A stretch of DNA of 63,271 bases, counting the filler, from Olpidium bornovanus S191 (lineage: Eukaryota > Fungi > Olpidiomycota): NCBI GenBank assembly GCA_017911155.1. It is 30 parts of 30 records of this genome, joined end to end, with 100 filler letters (N's around TTAATTAATTAA, not from the genome) between each part and the next. Parts side by side here need not be neighbours in the genome. Positions count along the whole stretch, not along the records: positions 34,012 to 36,471 come from JAEFCI010009173.1; positions 36,572 to 38,817 come from JAEFCI010002404.1; positions 38,918 to 40,212 come from JAEFCI010004090.1; positions 40,313 to 42,969 come from JAEFCI010010343.1; positions 43,070 to 44,073 come from JAEFCI010012886.1; positions 44,174 to 46,061 come from JAEFCI010008185.1; positions 46,162 to 47,682 come from JAEFCI010011437.1; 23 more parts are not named here. One strand, 5' to 3'. Shown here in pieces: positions 34,012 to 46,255 of the stretch. Within the stretch, counting starts at the first letter, position 1; every line of letters starts with the position of its first letter. A model generated the notes under the pieces. It ran no database searches and had not been told where the DNA came from. It saw nothing but the letters and a program-made list of their open reading frames with translations. A program made the translations under genes and the position numbers.

Positions 34012-36243
34012 CATGGAAAAGTTTCTGCGCGTCAAGCGCTCGCCCGAGAAGTAGAGCGACTTTCCTGTTCGTCGTTGCAATGATGAAGGCGAGCACGTCC
34101 ACGGCCTTGCGCCCGTCGAAACAGTCGCGATACTCGAGCGAATCCTTGTACTCTGTCGACAGCGCGATCTGCTGCTCAAATGCTTCTGCAACTCTGGAAA
34201 GTAACGCCGCGTACACGACCGGCTTCCTTGTCGATGTGACCGCGTGCGGCAAGTTAACAGCCGGGAAAGTGGGGACCGCGCTGAGCATGACTGCCGTCCG
34301 GCTCGAATCCATGTGCTGCTCTGCCGCCATCTTGGGCCCGTTAGAAACGCGAGATGGGACGGCAAGAGACGAATCCGAATCGTTCGGGCTGTGTTTGGGG
34401 GCGTAAGGGTCTGTCGGAAAGAAAAGCCGTAGTATGCACGTATCGTCTTCAGTTGGGGGGGCAAAAAGTCCCCACATCGACCATCCCAAAATGACATGGA
34501 CTCGGATCACCTTCCCCATGTACCCGAGTAGGAACGTTCATGCTCACCCCAACCACGCCGATAAGGATCCAACCCATCCATTGGCAATTGTCCAGCATTA
34601 TCGCCAGTTCGAAAGAGCGGCGCCGCCTTTGATACAAATGGTTGAGGGCTGATTAAATAACTACTTGAGTCCGGAGTAGAACACATTAAGCTTGGTTGTA
34701 CTTGCAGAGGCTGTCGAGGGGTCTGAGAACCCAGGCCGTATAACTGCGGTGCAGAACCGGCAAACCGACCAGTAGATACGTATAGCTGCGGCCCCTGAGA
34801 GTACGCTGGCGACAAGCGGCCCGCGGTCATTATTTGGTAGTCCGGCGACGTTGCGATCTTTCGCTCAGACTGCGAACGGCCAATTGAATGTGGCTGCTGT
34901 GTATGGAATCCCTGCAATCCCCTGTCTGGCGCGACATCAGGCAAGTTATTGTATGGAAGTGATGAACGTTGAAAAGGTTGAACCACCTGATACGCTTGCA
35001 CGGGATAAAATTGCTGATGGGGGCGGGCCACTGGTTGGTAATGGGGATGTTGCAAGTAGGTCATTTGTGCAGCCAGATTCTGCGCTGGGACGGGCCGGCG
35101 GTCTACGGGATTCCCGGCGAGTACTTGTGGGGGGAGCACAGACAGATTCTGCGGGGTCATCGGCCGGTGGTCGACGGGAATCCCAGCGACCGCCTGTGGG
35201 GTGTGTGCAGCCTGATTCTGCGGGGTCACCGGCCGTCGTTCGACGGGATTCCCGGGGAACGCTTGCGAGGTGTGTGCGGCCGGATTTTCCCAGGGCACCG
35301 CCCGGCGGTCGACGGGAGTCCTCGCGAGTGCCTGTGGGGGGTTCGCGGCCAGATTCTCCCAGGGCACCACACGGCGTTCGAAAGGACTCCTGGCGAGCGC
35401 TGGCGGGGTGTGCGTAAGCGATGCGTGGTAATACGGCTCCCACACCTGAGTGCCTTCCAGAGGGTACGGCGGCCGGATCTGCAGGTGCTGCGGCAAAACT
35501 TCCTGCTGTAGCGGCCGTTGGTATTGCGGCTGGTGCTGTCCCACCGCTTGCCGAGGGTCGTCCCACAGCGGCCCAACTGGTCGCTGCTGCTGTTGATGCT
35601 GCGGCGGCGGCGGCGACGACGGGCGGTCAGGCGGCGACGGCAAGGGACGGTCATGCGGCGATGGCGGGGGGCCGCCAGGCGGCGACGGCAAGGGGCGGTC
35701 ATGCGGCGGCGGCGGGGGGCGGCCGGGCGGCGACGGCGGGGGACGGCCGGGCACCGGCGCGTGGCGAGCCAATTCTGCAGCGCCGGGTGGGCCCTGCTGT
35801 TGCTGGGGGTCTCCTCGCGCCGATCCGGAAACCGCCGTTTGCGAATACGGCTGCTGCTGGGCCGCAACGTTTAGAGCCGCAGCGCCCTGCCCAAGATCCC
35901 ACGGCTGGAGATGCGGAGAGTGGGCGCGGAGAGGGGACCGCTCATGCTGGTCGTGGTGACGCTGGATCCTATGAGGCTGCTCCTGGGGCGGCGGCAGCGG
36001 CGAGAAAAACGCTTCCTCCTCTGCATCCGGCCGATTCGGCGGCGCCACCTGGTAGACGTGAGACCATTCGCGGCGACCGCGTTTGGGCCCAAGCGCGATT
36101 CCCTCGGGCGAGGAGCCCTCCTGCAAGTCCGCCTCTCCTCCGCTCGGGAATGACAGCGGCTGCCCCTGTTCCTGCGCCTGCGCGGCCCTGGGGAGGTGCC
36201 GTTGGTCCTGGTGACGGTCCTGTCCGCGCTGGCCGTCGTCCAT
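34012..36243 (-). CDS. ROM2: Rho1 guanine-nucleotide exchange factor Rom2/Rgf type: disordered N-terminus and DEP domain (5' part)
   Basis: PVVYAALLSRVAEAF...YKDSLEYRDCFDGRKAVDVLAFIIATTNRKVALLLGRALDAQKLFH is the characteristic Rom2/Rgf DEP segment; long Pro/Gln-rich ORF upstream. Confidence 0.88.
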
Positions 36244-36437
36244 AATCTCTTGCCCTCGCTCTGCCCGGTCCCCTCCGGCGCGTGTTTCCCGCGGTCCTTC
36301 TCTTCCTGGCTGTTGCCTTCCGGCGCCTTCCAGGTCCTCGTCCGTCTGTAAACGGCGCCGGTCCCGCTCGTCTGGGTTCCGTCGGTTTTGAGTCCTCGTC
36401 GTCGCGGCGTCGAGACCGTGTGGAGAAACGGGGCCGG

Positions 36438-36471
<34 letters not shown>

Positions 36472-36637
36472 NNNNNNNNNNNNNNNNNNNNNNNNNNNNN
36501 NNNNNNNNNNNNNNNTTAATTAATTAANNNNNNNNNNNNNNNNNNNNNNNNNNNNNNNNNNNNNNNNNNNNCATGGCGAAACGTTCATTATTGTCACTAT
36601 TATTTTTATTTTTATTTTTACTCATTATTTTTTCCAG

Positions 36638-37872
36638 ACACCGTGTGCGAGGTTATCACCAGACAGGGAGGCGTCCGGGTCATCGCGGCGGCGATGCGGC
36701 TCGCGCCGCTTTCGAAGACTGTGCACGCGCAGTGCTCGGCGGTGCTCGCGAATCTTTGCCCGTCCGACGCGGCGGAGGCGCAGATCGTGGCGGAGGGCTG
36801 CGTCGAAGAGATGGTCCGCGGCCTACAGCGCTTCCAGGATTGTCCGGCGTCTCTGTGCCACTGCGTCGGCTCGCTGGCGAACTTGTCGTCCAAAGGTCTG
36901 CGCGCGTTCCACGGCCCCAACCCCGGCCCCATTTCCCTTCCCCCTCCCCCCCCATCCCGCCCCAACCCTACTGACCGACCAGCCGATCAAACCCACCCAC
37001 CACCCACTGCCGCACCAAAAAAATCCCAGTCTTTAGATGTAATATATATTACACACGCACGTAACATGTTACGAGGCTGACCCGAATAAGGAAAAAAAAA
37101 AACGCATCCCCACCCTCACCAATCCCTTCCCCCTTCACCTTCCCCCCCCACCATAAAAAAAAAACGCCAGATCAGCTCAGCAGAGCCATACTCGCGCTGG
37201 ACGGGCACCACGTCGTACTGCAGCTGATGCGCCGGCATCGTGACTCCGCCGGCGTGCTTGTGGAAGCGCTCAAACTGCTGTCGTCCCTGTCCAGGCACAG
37301 GGACCACCCCGGCCTGCGCGACCCATCGTGGACCGAAAAAGTCCGCGACGCCGTCGTCGCGACCATGCGCCTGCACCACGAAAACGGCGTTGTCATGTGC
37401 GCGGCTTGCGGCGCCTTGGGAAGCGTACACTTCGGCGGTGCGTCATGTCGTACCGTCTCTTCTCTTTCTTTTTTCCTTTTTTTCTTTCATTCTTTTCCGA
37501 CGCCCCGCTTTTCTCCTGAAATGAGCTTTCCGCGGGATATCTCTCGGGTTTTTACTTCGTTTCCGTCAAACCCCCCCCCCCCAAAAAAAAAAAAAAAAAA
37601 AATGCGCCCAGAGGAGGGTTTGGGCTGCCACAGGCCCCTGATCCTCGGGATGATCTTCCGGAGCCTCGAAACCCACCGCCACCGCATCACGTCCCTGATC
37701 GCGGCGCTGTTCGCGCTGGCCCACTTCTCCTTTTCGACCCCGGCCGCGTCCGAGCTTTCGCACGAGCGGGACGGGATCCGGCTTATTCTGGACGCGATGC
37801 GCACGTTCCCGGACAACGAGAGCCTGCAGACGACGGCGTTTTTCGCCCTCGGCAGCATCGTGAGCGTCCTCG
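36638..37872 (+). CDS. Armadillo-repeat protein (internal fragment, three exons)
   Basis: Repeating GGVRVIAAAM / GCVEEMVRGL / DGHHVVLQLM / DGIRLILDAM ... ALGS/LANL helices; two phase-1 introns keep the frame. Confidence 0.75.
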
Positions 37873-38001
37873 GTATGCCGGATAATTTCCGGGAGGGCCG
37901 AGGCGGGGGACGGCGGTGGCGACTTGCGAAAAACGACGTTCCATCTCGCGCCCTTGTTTTTTTTTTTTTTTTTTTTTTGGGGGGGGGGGGTGGGGGGGGG
38001 G

Positions 38002-38036
<35 letters not shown>

Positions 38037-38059
38037 TGGTTCACGGGCAGGGCGCCGTT

Positions 38060-38154
38060 GGGCTCATAACCTGTGGTTTGGTTTTGTTCTGTTTGGTTTA
38101 TTTTGGGTTCGGGCGGTTACTACTTTGAGGGCAGTGAGGGCTTGAGTACCAACA
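38060..38154 (-). mobile_element. Very short LTR-like unit (38072-38154, 83 bp) plus tRNAi-Met-half primer-binding site
   Basis: Minus strand TGTTGG...ACCACA, followed directly by GGTTATGAGCCCAACG. Confidence 0.65.
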
Positions 38155-38199
38155 TGTAGCACCGCCGCAGACCTGACGAGGGGAGGAATAGACGCTTAA

Positions 38200-38358
38200 C
38201 CTTGTCGCAGTACAACAATGCGCTGCGGACAGAGCCATCACCGTCAAGAAGGTCGATTCCAAAGATAACCCTTCGGACATGCTCACAAAGCCTTTGGAAA
38301 GGCTGAAGTTCGCCTCATTTAAGGAAGCCATCGGAATGGGCAAGGTCGACGGCTGAGA
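38200..38358 (+). mobile_element. Ty1/copia RNase H C-terminal fragment
   Basis: AVQQCAADRAITVKKVDSKDNPSDMLTKPLERLKFASFKEAIGM. Confidence 0.85.
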
Positions 38359-38696
38359 TTTGCGCACGCACATTTACAGGCCCAGCCGCCCGGAAGAAGC
38401 ACCACGAAAAGAAGAAGTACGCGCTTAGATAGCTTTCGGCATGACCATGGAAGATATACTCGTTAGGAGAGGTGGGGTGTAGGAAAAAGGGGGAGGCGCA
38501 GCCAAGGGGCAGCGCGGATAGACGAATATACACGAATTACTTCCCCCTTTCCCCCTTTTGTAGAATCCGCACGGAATCCCAACATAAATAGGCGCGGAAT
38601 CCGTAGAATCAAAACACCGCGAAAAACAGAGCAGAATTCTCCTCCTCCGAATCCTTGCGTGGCTCCCTTGGATTTCCCGGGGTCTCCTCCGTAGGG

Positions 38697-38817
38697 CATG
38701 TCGACGGCCAGTCGAATGCCGTAGTCTTTGACGGCCTGGTCATCGTCCTTGATGGGCTCTAGTGCATCCCGGATAGTCTTCGGAACAAAAGTCTTCGACA
38801 TCGTCACCGCCCGGTGG
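38697..38817 (-). CDS. MTHFR: Methylenetetrahydrofolate reductase fragment
   Basis: MSKTFVPKTIRDALEPIKDDDQAVKDYGIRLAVDM matches the eukaryotic MTHFR catalytic-domain segment (EPIKDND..I..YG...AV). Confidence 0.8.
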
Positions 38818-39497
38818 NNNNNNNNNNNNNNNNNNNNNNNNNNNNNNNNNNNNNNNNNNNNTTAATTAATTAANNNNNNNNNNNNNNNNNNNNNNNNNNN
38901 NNNNNNNNNNNNNNNNNCATGTGTTTGAACCTGGGATGTAACCTAATAGTGTCATTCCACTATACACCAATGTACTATCCCCTGATTATATAAACTGCGT
39001 CTCGTAGGTGCGTAACGCGTTTCCGCCGGCTTAGCACTTTCGGCTCCAGTAAATGGCCATCAGGTCAGTTGGATGCCCGCCTTTCCGCGGAGAACGCCCA
39101 GCTCAAAGCCGACCGCCGGGGTGCAGGGGGCGCCGGCCTCAGGCTCGCATAGAGCGCAAGACGATCGCGACGAGGCGCGTCAGGTCACTCACGCCAAGTC
39201 GCGCGCAGGGCGTAGGCGTCGGCGAAGCAGCGATCACGAGCGATCGTGTAGGGAATCGAAGGAGCTGGATCGACGGAAGGATGGCACTTGATGAAGCGGC
39301 CGATGCTGCCTAGCCAGGGGTCCGAACGAACGGGCGGAAGTCAGGCCAACGGCCGTTTCGATGTGCACCGTGCGCCGAGTTTATATTCGTTGGCTTGGGT
39401 TTTCGGACGGGTTCCGATGGGGGATTCTACAACTTCGATTTTCGCCCCTTTTATACGTGGCCATCGGGAGGTTTCTGTTCGCTACGATTTTCTAAAC

Positions 39498-39990
39498 TCA
39501 CAACCTCGATCCCACAGCGTCGGCCTTCGATGCTGGCACGACTCCAGGCGCGGCGGCGCCCACATCGATGCGCACCCGCGGCGACCGATCCCCATCGCCG
39601 ACAACGGCGTCCTGTCGTGGTAGCTTAGCAGCGACGCGGTACACCTCAGCTCGAGCCGTGGTGGCATCCTCCTGCAGGGCACGTGTCTGCGAGGGGACCG
39701 GGGTAGGCAAACTTTCCACCTCCTCGCCCGCACTCGCGGCCGCGCAACGAAGCGCGGCCGCCAGGGTTTGGAACACGTCGTTGTCATCGTTGTCGTCCTC
39801 ATCATCATCATGTCTCTTCTGGCGCGGTGACAAGGCAGCAGGGGCGGCGGAATGCGTGGCGGAGGAGCCACTGTCGGGGGCGGGCGCGACAGGGCACTCA
39901 AGGTCGGCGAAGTCGTCGGCGACGGAGGCGGTGGCGGACGCTGGCGGAGGCGTGCTTCTTCCTGGTTTTTTTGCTGCGCCGCAGCGGCAG
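39498..39990 (-). CDS. Hypothetical low-complexity acidic coding exon
   Basis: Open frame with GC3-rich codons: ...ADDFADLECPVAPAPDSG...DDDEDDNDDNDVFQTLAAALRC...; no family recognised. Confidence 0.3.
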
Positions 39991-41157
39991 CGGCAGCGGC
40001 AGCGGCAGCGGGGTCACGGGGACGGCGGCGGCAGTGGGGACAGCGCCGGCAGTGGGGACAGCGCCTAAATAAATGTTCTTTGGTGAGATGCCATGGTCGC
40101 CATTGTCGTTGCCGCCGGGGAAACAGAGTGAAGGTTTGATTTGCTTAAGTGAGAATGAAGCGCAAATTCGCCTGAAATATCCCCTTCTCCCGAGGTGGCC
40201 GCACATTTCACCNNNNNNNNNNNNNNNNNNNNNNNNNNNNNNNNNNNNNNNNNNNNTTAATTAATTAANNNNNNNNNNNNNNNNNNNNNNNNNNNNNNNN
40301 NNNNNNNNNNNNCATGAAGGCACACTGCGAGACGACCGCCGACACGGGCCGGAAGCCACGTTACCGGAGTTTTTGGTCACTTTCTGTTGTGCGAGGCTTT
40401 GTCGTTCGACGCCTCTGCCGCTTGATTAATGGGACGCTGTGTTAATAACCAAAGTTCTCGCGTATCTCCTTCCGTCGACACCGTTCGTCGCTGGGGTATA
40501 AAGATCTTGCGGAGGGCTGGATTGCCGGCTGAGTACGGTACACATTCAGTGCATGGCGCGGTTCTTCCGCATTGGGCGCAGACCGGGATAGGCAAAGTCT
40601 TGTATTTTAGCCCTTTGTATTTGGTGGTTGCAAGCGCGAGGAAAAAAGAGGGGGAAAGCTAGCTGTGTTTACATCTGCCCCCTGAGTGTGTCTATCAGTG
40701 TCGTATGTGGACGCGTGCAAGAGACATCTAGATTGTATTGGCCATGGACAATTTGACATATCCCCTCTCATTTATGCGCACGGCAGTTAGCGCCATTATG
40801 CGACGTTGTCCACCACCAACATCCCCCGTGACGCCAACGGGCTGATGTGACGCGTCATCTGCTTCGCCATGTCGCATCTGCCCGCGCTCTTCATGCGGTC
40901 CCTTCGGACCGTCATCCGGCATTCTCCTCGATTGTGCCTTCGTCTTGCCGAAGCAGGCCCATGGCGCGCCGGTGGACCTCATGTCGTTTCTCGGGGTTTG
41001 TCAGCGGCTTAGATAAACACTGGGAAGCCGTCGTTTACTTTTGCAGTTGATCACCCCATTCGAGAATAAAGTGGCGACTACCTTTTCATGTGCACAATGG
41101 AGAAGACGAAAAACGACCGACGACTTCGCATGATAACCAACGTCTGCAAATTTTGGG

Positions 41158-41239
41158 ACTCAAAACTTTTGTACGTGTTTTACACATAGATCGCCCAAAC
41201 TCAAAACTTTTGTACATGTTTTACACAAAGATCGCTCAC
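41158..41239. repeat. 41-bp tandem duplication
   Basis: ACTCAAAACTTTTGTAC(G/A)TGTTTTACACA(T/A)AGATCGC x2. Confidence 0.9.
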
Positions 41240-41944
41240 ATAAGCTTGCTGACACTGCCGTCATCGGTTATTTTGTTGGGTACTCGTCGGATATTCGCCG
41301 TTGTGCCGGGTGGTCTGCCCCGGCTCAGCTCCCGCGCATGGAACTGGTGCGAGAGGGACAGCGGGGAAGTGGGAGGCGCGTGCGTGTGGCGGCCGCCCGT
41401 CTCCTGCCCGCCCCCCGCCCCCGCCCCCGCAGGGAGCCCCGTCCGTTCCCCCGCACGGAAGGCAGCGCGCCACCCCGAGCCCATTCCCGAGTCGGCCAGA
41501 GCTCCCCGGCCCCCGGCTCCTCCTCGCCAGGTGCGTCGCGGAGTGTTCCCGTCAGGACGGCGGAGAAAGCGTGGGCGCCGGGGGTGAAGCGGCGCGCCGC
41601 ATTTCGCGAGGGGGTTGAAAGGGGCTCGACCTTGGCTGTCGCCCGGCAGACCTCGTCACCCGGTCGTAATACCGCAGCATAGCCGCGGCCGCGAGAGAAG
41701 TGCCGCCGCTCGCCGTTTTATCCCGTCCAGGACGCGCTCGTGTCGAACACGGTGGACACGCGCTTGGGACGCGAGGATTCCACGCTGCCCGAGACCGCCC
41801 TCCGCCCGAAAGCCGCAAACGGCGAGGGGAAGCATCCGCAGCACTAGCGGAAGCTTCCTTCTTCCGCGCTGCAGCTGGCAAGAGCTTGACTGCCTTGTCT
41901 TCTTTGATTTGACCTCTGCAACCACCATTTAGCAGCTGTCCAGC

Positions 41945-42532
41945 ATGGTCCTCATCAGTATTGCTCCCGAATATGGCTACGTTATCGCCACCGGCGTGCT
42001 CTCGAACTTGACCACATATTGGATGGCGGTCAGGGTCATAAAGGCCAGGAAGAGTACGTCAGGCTAACGCGACCTCGAGCCGGCCTTAAACCCTTTTCTT
42101 TTTGTTGAATTTATCAGTATCGAGTTTATAAACTGTGAGAACCGCGGGCTCGCGGCGATTTCAATACAGCCTACGGGGTCGAGTACCCGGCGATGTACGC
42201 CGAGTTGGAACAGATCGCCGCTGACCCCAGGAAGAAGACTTTCAACTGCATTCAGCGCGCCCACCAGAACACCCTTGAGGTTTTTCCCGGGGTACGAACA
42301 GAAGCTCCAAGAGTGCTTCGTTGCTTTCCACTTCATTTCTAAAGTTTTCGCGAACGGCTTGCTGACTTTTCTCGCTGCGTTTACTCAGTTTCTTTTCCTC
42401 CTCCTCACGGGCGGACTGCGTTACCCAGTCCTCTCTTCCGGCTTGGGCGTGGTTTGGTGCGTTAGCAGGATCGTGTACGCCATCGGTTACTCAACGGGCG
42501 ACCCCAAGAAGCGGAATCGGGGGTTCTTCGGG
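41945..42532 (+). CDS. MGST3: MAPEG family microsomal glutathione S-transferase 3-like (last exon not resolved)
   Basis: MVLISIAPEYGYVIAT...VIKARK|TYGVEYPAMYA...FNCIQRAHQNTLE...|FLFLLLTGGLRYP...SRIVYAIGYSTGDPKKRNRG. Confidence 0.9.
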
Positions 42533-43237
42533 GTGAGGCTTGTGTGTTTTCTGAATGAAACTTAAGATATCTAAACGGTTTTGGGAGGAAGGCGATTGCC
42601 CGACCAAAGTGCCCGGCTGCTAGGAAGTTTCGTGAAATCCCGATCTAAAGCGCTGCTGTCGTAATTGTTAACCTTCGTCATCTACGTCCCGTTTATTCCT
42701 CATTGTTTTCCGCCGACCGTTTTGGGTTTACCATCTAGTCCATCAGTAACTTTGGTCTCCTCGGGGCCGCCGTCGGATCTGCCCTTGGCATTCTCGGCAT
42801 CGCCTGAGCGGACGACTTCGGCCTGCCTCGCACTCTCGAAATTCATCACAGCAGGCACGTGATTTGCAAAACTAGCTCGAGCCACGTCGTAACAATTGAG
42901 AGCCGCGCCGGAAAATGGAAAACTTTCACCGTCAATTGCGTTTTGGTCTTTTCCATCACCACGGCATGGNNNNNNNNNNNNNNNNNNNNNNNNNNNNNNN
43001 NNNNNNNNNNNNNTTAATTAATTAANNNNNNNNNNNNNNNNNNNNNNNNNNNNNNNNNNNNNNNNNNNNCCACCCCAACAGCCACTCACCACTAGCACCT
43101 CCGGGCTCGGCCCCCTGCTCGCCCTCGTTCTCTGGCCGGCGGGGAGGGGGCTGTCCGCTTTCACGTGGGCAACAAAGCCGGGGAAGGGGGGGCGTGGGGG
43201 GGGGGGGGGGTGGGGGGGGGGGGGGGGGGGGTGGGGT

Positions 43238-43281
<44 letters not shown>

Positions 43282-43778
43282 CCTTCGGGAGAAAGAAAAA
43301 AAGTGCAGGCGACGATCACTTTTTCTCCCTTGGTCGGGGCGCCGTTTCCCCGCCCATCCTCCTCCTTCTTCCCCCGGGAAGCGGACGAGGAGGACGGGGC
43401 GCGAAGGAACTAACTGCCTTTGCTCCGCCATTCTCGGCAGCCCGGTTCCCCGGGGGAGTGGCCCACCGCCCGCTTGGGCATCCGCGCAGAAGATGAGCAG
43501 AGCGCAGAACGGAGGAGGGAGACGACCGTCGAGACTTGCCTCTCCCGCGTTCTCCACCGGCAATTTCACGATCGGCGAAAAAAAAAAATAATCTCCAGAG
43601 TCATCGTGCGTTTAAACGCCGGGTCTGGTCGAAACCGGAAAAAAAAAAACCAGAAAAGCAAAGGCCCACCAAACGCCAGAAGGCATGAAAGTGAAAATGA
43701 GATTGAGAAAACGAGAAAGGCTCGCCCGTGACGGTCAAGAAAAGGGCTTTTCCTCCCCCCTCACCCACTTTTTCGTTC

Positions 43779-43809
<31 letters not shown>

Positions 43810-44173
43810 GCACGAAACGTGGAAGAAAGAGGGACGGGGCCGCATCATCAGGTGTGAGATGCGAGGACGAGCGAGCCGGGAGGCGCTGATTTCTATGAAA
43901 AAGCGGGTGCGGTCAGGGTTGCGGGCGAAACGCGAGCCGGCAAAAAAAAAACAAAAAAAAAAAAACCGACGCGCACGACCGTTGAGATGCCGAGTACGGT
44001 TTCGTGATTCTCTATGTTTTTCTCTCTCTCTCTCTCTTTCTCTCGTAAAATAGACTGACAGATAAGTTATCCCNNNNNNNNNNNNNNNNNNNNNNNNNNN
44101 NNNNNNNNNNNNNNNNNTTAATTAATTAANNNNNNNNNNNNNNNNNNNNNNNNNNNNNNNNNNNNNNNNNNNN

Positions 44174-45704
44174 ACCTCCACGGTAGGCATATAATACACA
44201 GAGGTACGGTGTTCGTCCCGCTCGGTCGGCCTGTACGTCCCGTTGTTCGTGGTCGAGGCGTGCCGGGACATTGCAGATGACGAGTTTTCGCATGTCTTCC
44301 ACGCTTCGCACCACCACTCCGGTCGGGGTGGTGATGGCTTCGAAATCTGCCGGCGCGTCAGAATCGGGGGGCACGCGGCCGCCCGGCCCGTAGCGATTTA
44401 CACGTCGGAAGACGGCCCGCGGCGTCCACAAGACCGAGATAGGCAACGAGTCCTCGGCCGAAGTTCGTTGCGGGAACAGCGCGTTCGCCGCGTCCGAAGC
44501 GGCGAGCTTCCTTGGGTTCAGGTACGGCAACCTCGTCGCAATGGCGGCTCCTGCCGTACGGGTTGTCGCTCGGCGGACCGATTCCGGCGAGGCTGCGCTG
44601 CATGCGGGCCGTCGTTCGGCGGGTCCGTTTAAACGGTGCTGCGTCTGCGATTCGCCGCACCCCCGTTCCACGTACACCGTAAGCAGCCCTGTACGACGGC
44701 CAGCGGATGTCGCCAACTGTTCGGGCATGTTTCCACGCTATACACCTGGCGCACCCAAGCGTAGCGGGCCGTTGCCGTCGGTTCGGTTGAGGTCGGAGCC
44801 GCTTTAGCCCGTCCCGGAATGTCGGGAGGGCACCGGATCTCGCAGGGCCAAATGACATGGAGAAGCGCCCCGCCGGGGGAAAGCACTGCCAAACTCTTCC
44901 TGTCCAGCGACATGAGAGCCACTGCCCTGCACTGGTGACAGCGGAGCAGGCCGCGGGGTCCGGCGCGAGCGGCGTACAGCGCCGGGTTTACGTCGAACGG
45001 CGGAAATTCCGAGCGGCGCTCGCAAAAACACCAGCGCCCGCAGGTCTCGGAAACCGAGAGAGAACAGACGGCCGCTTCGGCGGCGCCGACGACGGCCTGG
45101 ACGCGTCCGGACTCCTCCTCCAGGATATCGGAGAACGCCGGCCAGCGGACGGTGGCGATACTCCTGTCAAACTTGAAGCGAACGTACTCGAAACGGTAAA
45201 CGCAAGCGCGCGCACGTTTCGCGCGTCCGCACCGGCGTTTGTGCCCGAAGGCCAGATGGATCACGACGTACTTCAGAACATGTTTGCAGGACGTTGTCGG
45301 GCAACAAGCGGATGGGCAGATAAGGAGCGCTTGCCGAATACGTGTTGCGTGTCCCTGGCGCGAATGACGGCCAGAAACTGATGTCAGCTTCAAAAAAAAA
45401 AAATCACGCCGAAGCGGCGGCGGATGACAGAAAGTTGTCCCTCCCGAGGGACTAGGGATTTACACAGCGCCTTCCGGACCGCGTCGACGTACGCGCGCGT
45501 CGCGAACTCCGTCCTCTGCTTTACCGGCGCGGCAGCCGCGGGCTGGGGCTGGCCGCCGCCGCCGGCCCGCCGGCCCGTGCCGAACGGCTCGGCGACGAAG
45601 GTCGCACCGGAGGGCGATAATTTAACGACGAGGCCGTGGTCCGGGAGGAACGCCTCAGCGGACCCGTCCTCGTAGACGAAAACGCGTTCGCCGGCGTCAG
45701 CCAT
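44174..45704 (-). CDS. C5orf34/DUF4524-like protein (5' part, multi-exon)
   Basis: VFVYEDGSAE...LSPSGATF...VKQRTEFATRAYVDAVRKAL, and later YAWVRQVYSVETCPNSWRHPL. These resemble, from memory, the animal C5orf34 N-terminus (LYEDDSV..LSPCGSEF..IRQRTHF..; TW..Q..SV..CP..W..PL). Confidence 0.6.
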
Positions 45705-46255
45705 TGCGGTGCTTCCCTGGAGGGATTGAGTTGCTTATTCGTTCGACGGGGTTCAATTCGTGCTCACTTGGAGAATAAGCAATAAAAAATAATAATAATA
45801 AAAATCACTGAAGCCAGTGGCGGTTTTTTTTTTGTGTCAAAAAAATCACCCGTCAGTTACGAGAAGTTTGACAGTGGCAAGCATTTTCCAGATGTCAATC
45901 GTAAACGGCCGGAACGCTGCAAACGCGAAGTCCGCCACCACATGGCAACTACCACGGTGGACGGTTCAGTGGGAACCGGAATCCCCGCTCCGGGGGCCAG
46001 CGGTACGATACGTACCACGGCGGAGGCGGCAGGGGAGCCCACTCCAGGTCATACCAGCGATNNNNNNNNNNNNNNNNNNNNNNNNNNNNNNNNNNNNNNN
46101 NNNNNTTAATTAATTAANNNNNNNNNNNNNNNNNNNNNNNNNNNNNNNNNNNNNNNNNNNNGCACAAGTGCAATCTAAAGGTCCCCTTCAGTCCGAAACG
46201 CTCGTCCGCTTAAAGCACTTCCGCGACCTTTATTAAGATGCTAGGTAGAACAGAA

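Noticed and set aside
34851-36245. Long plus-strand ORFs opposite ROM2
   Set aside because: Antisense shadows of a GC-rich repetitive CDS; the minus-strand frame connects to the DEP domain.
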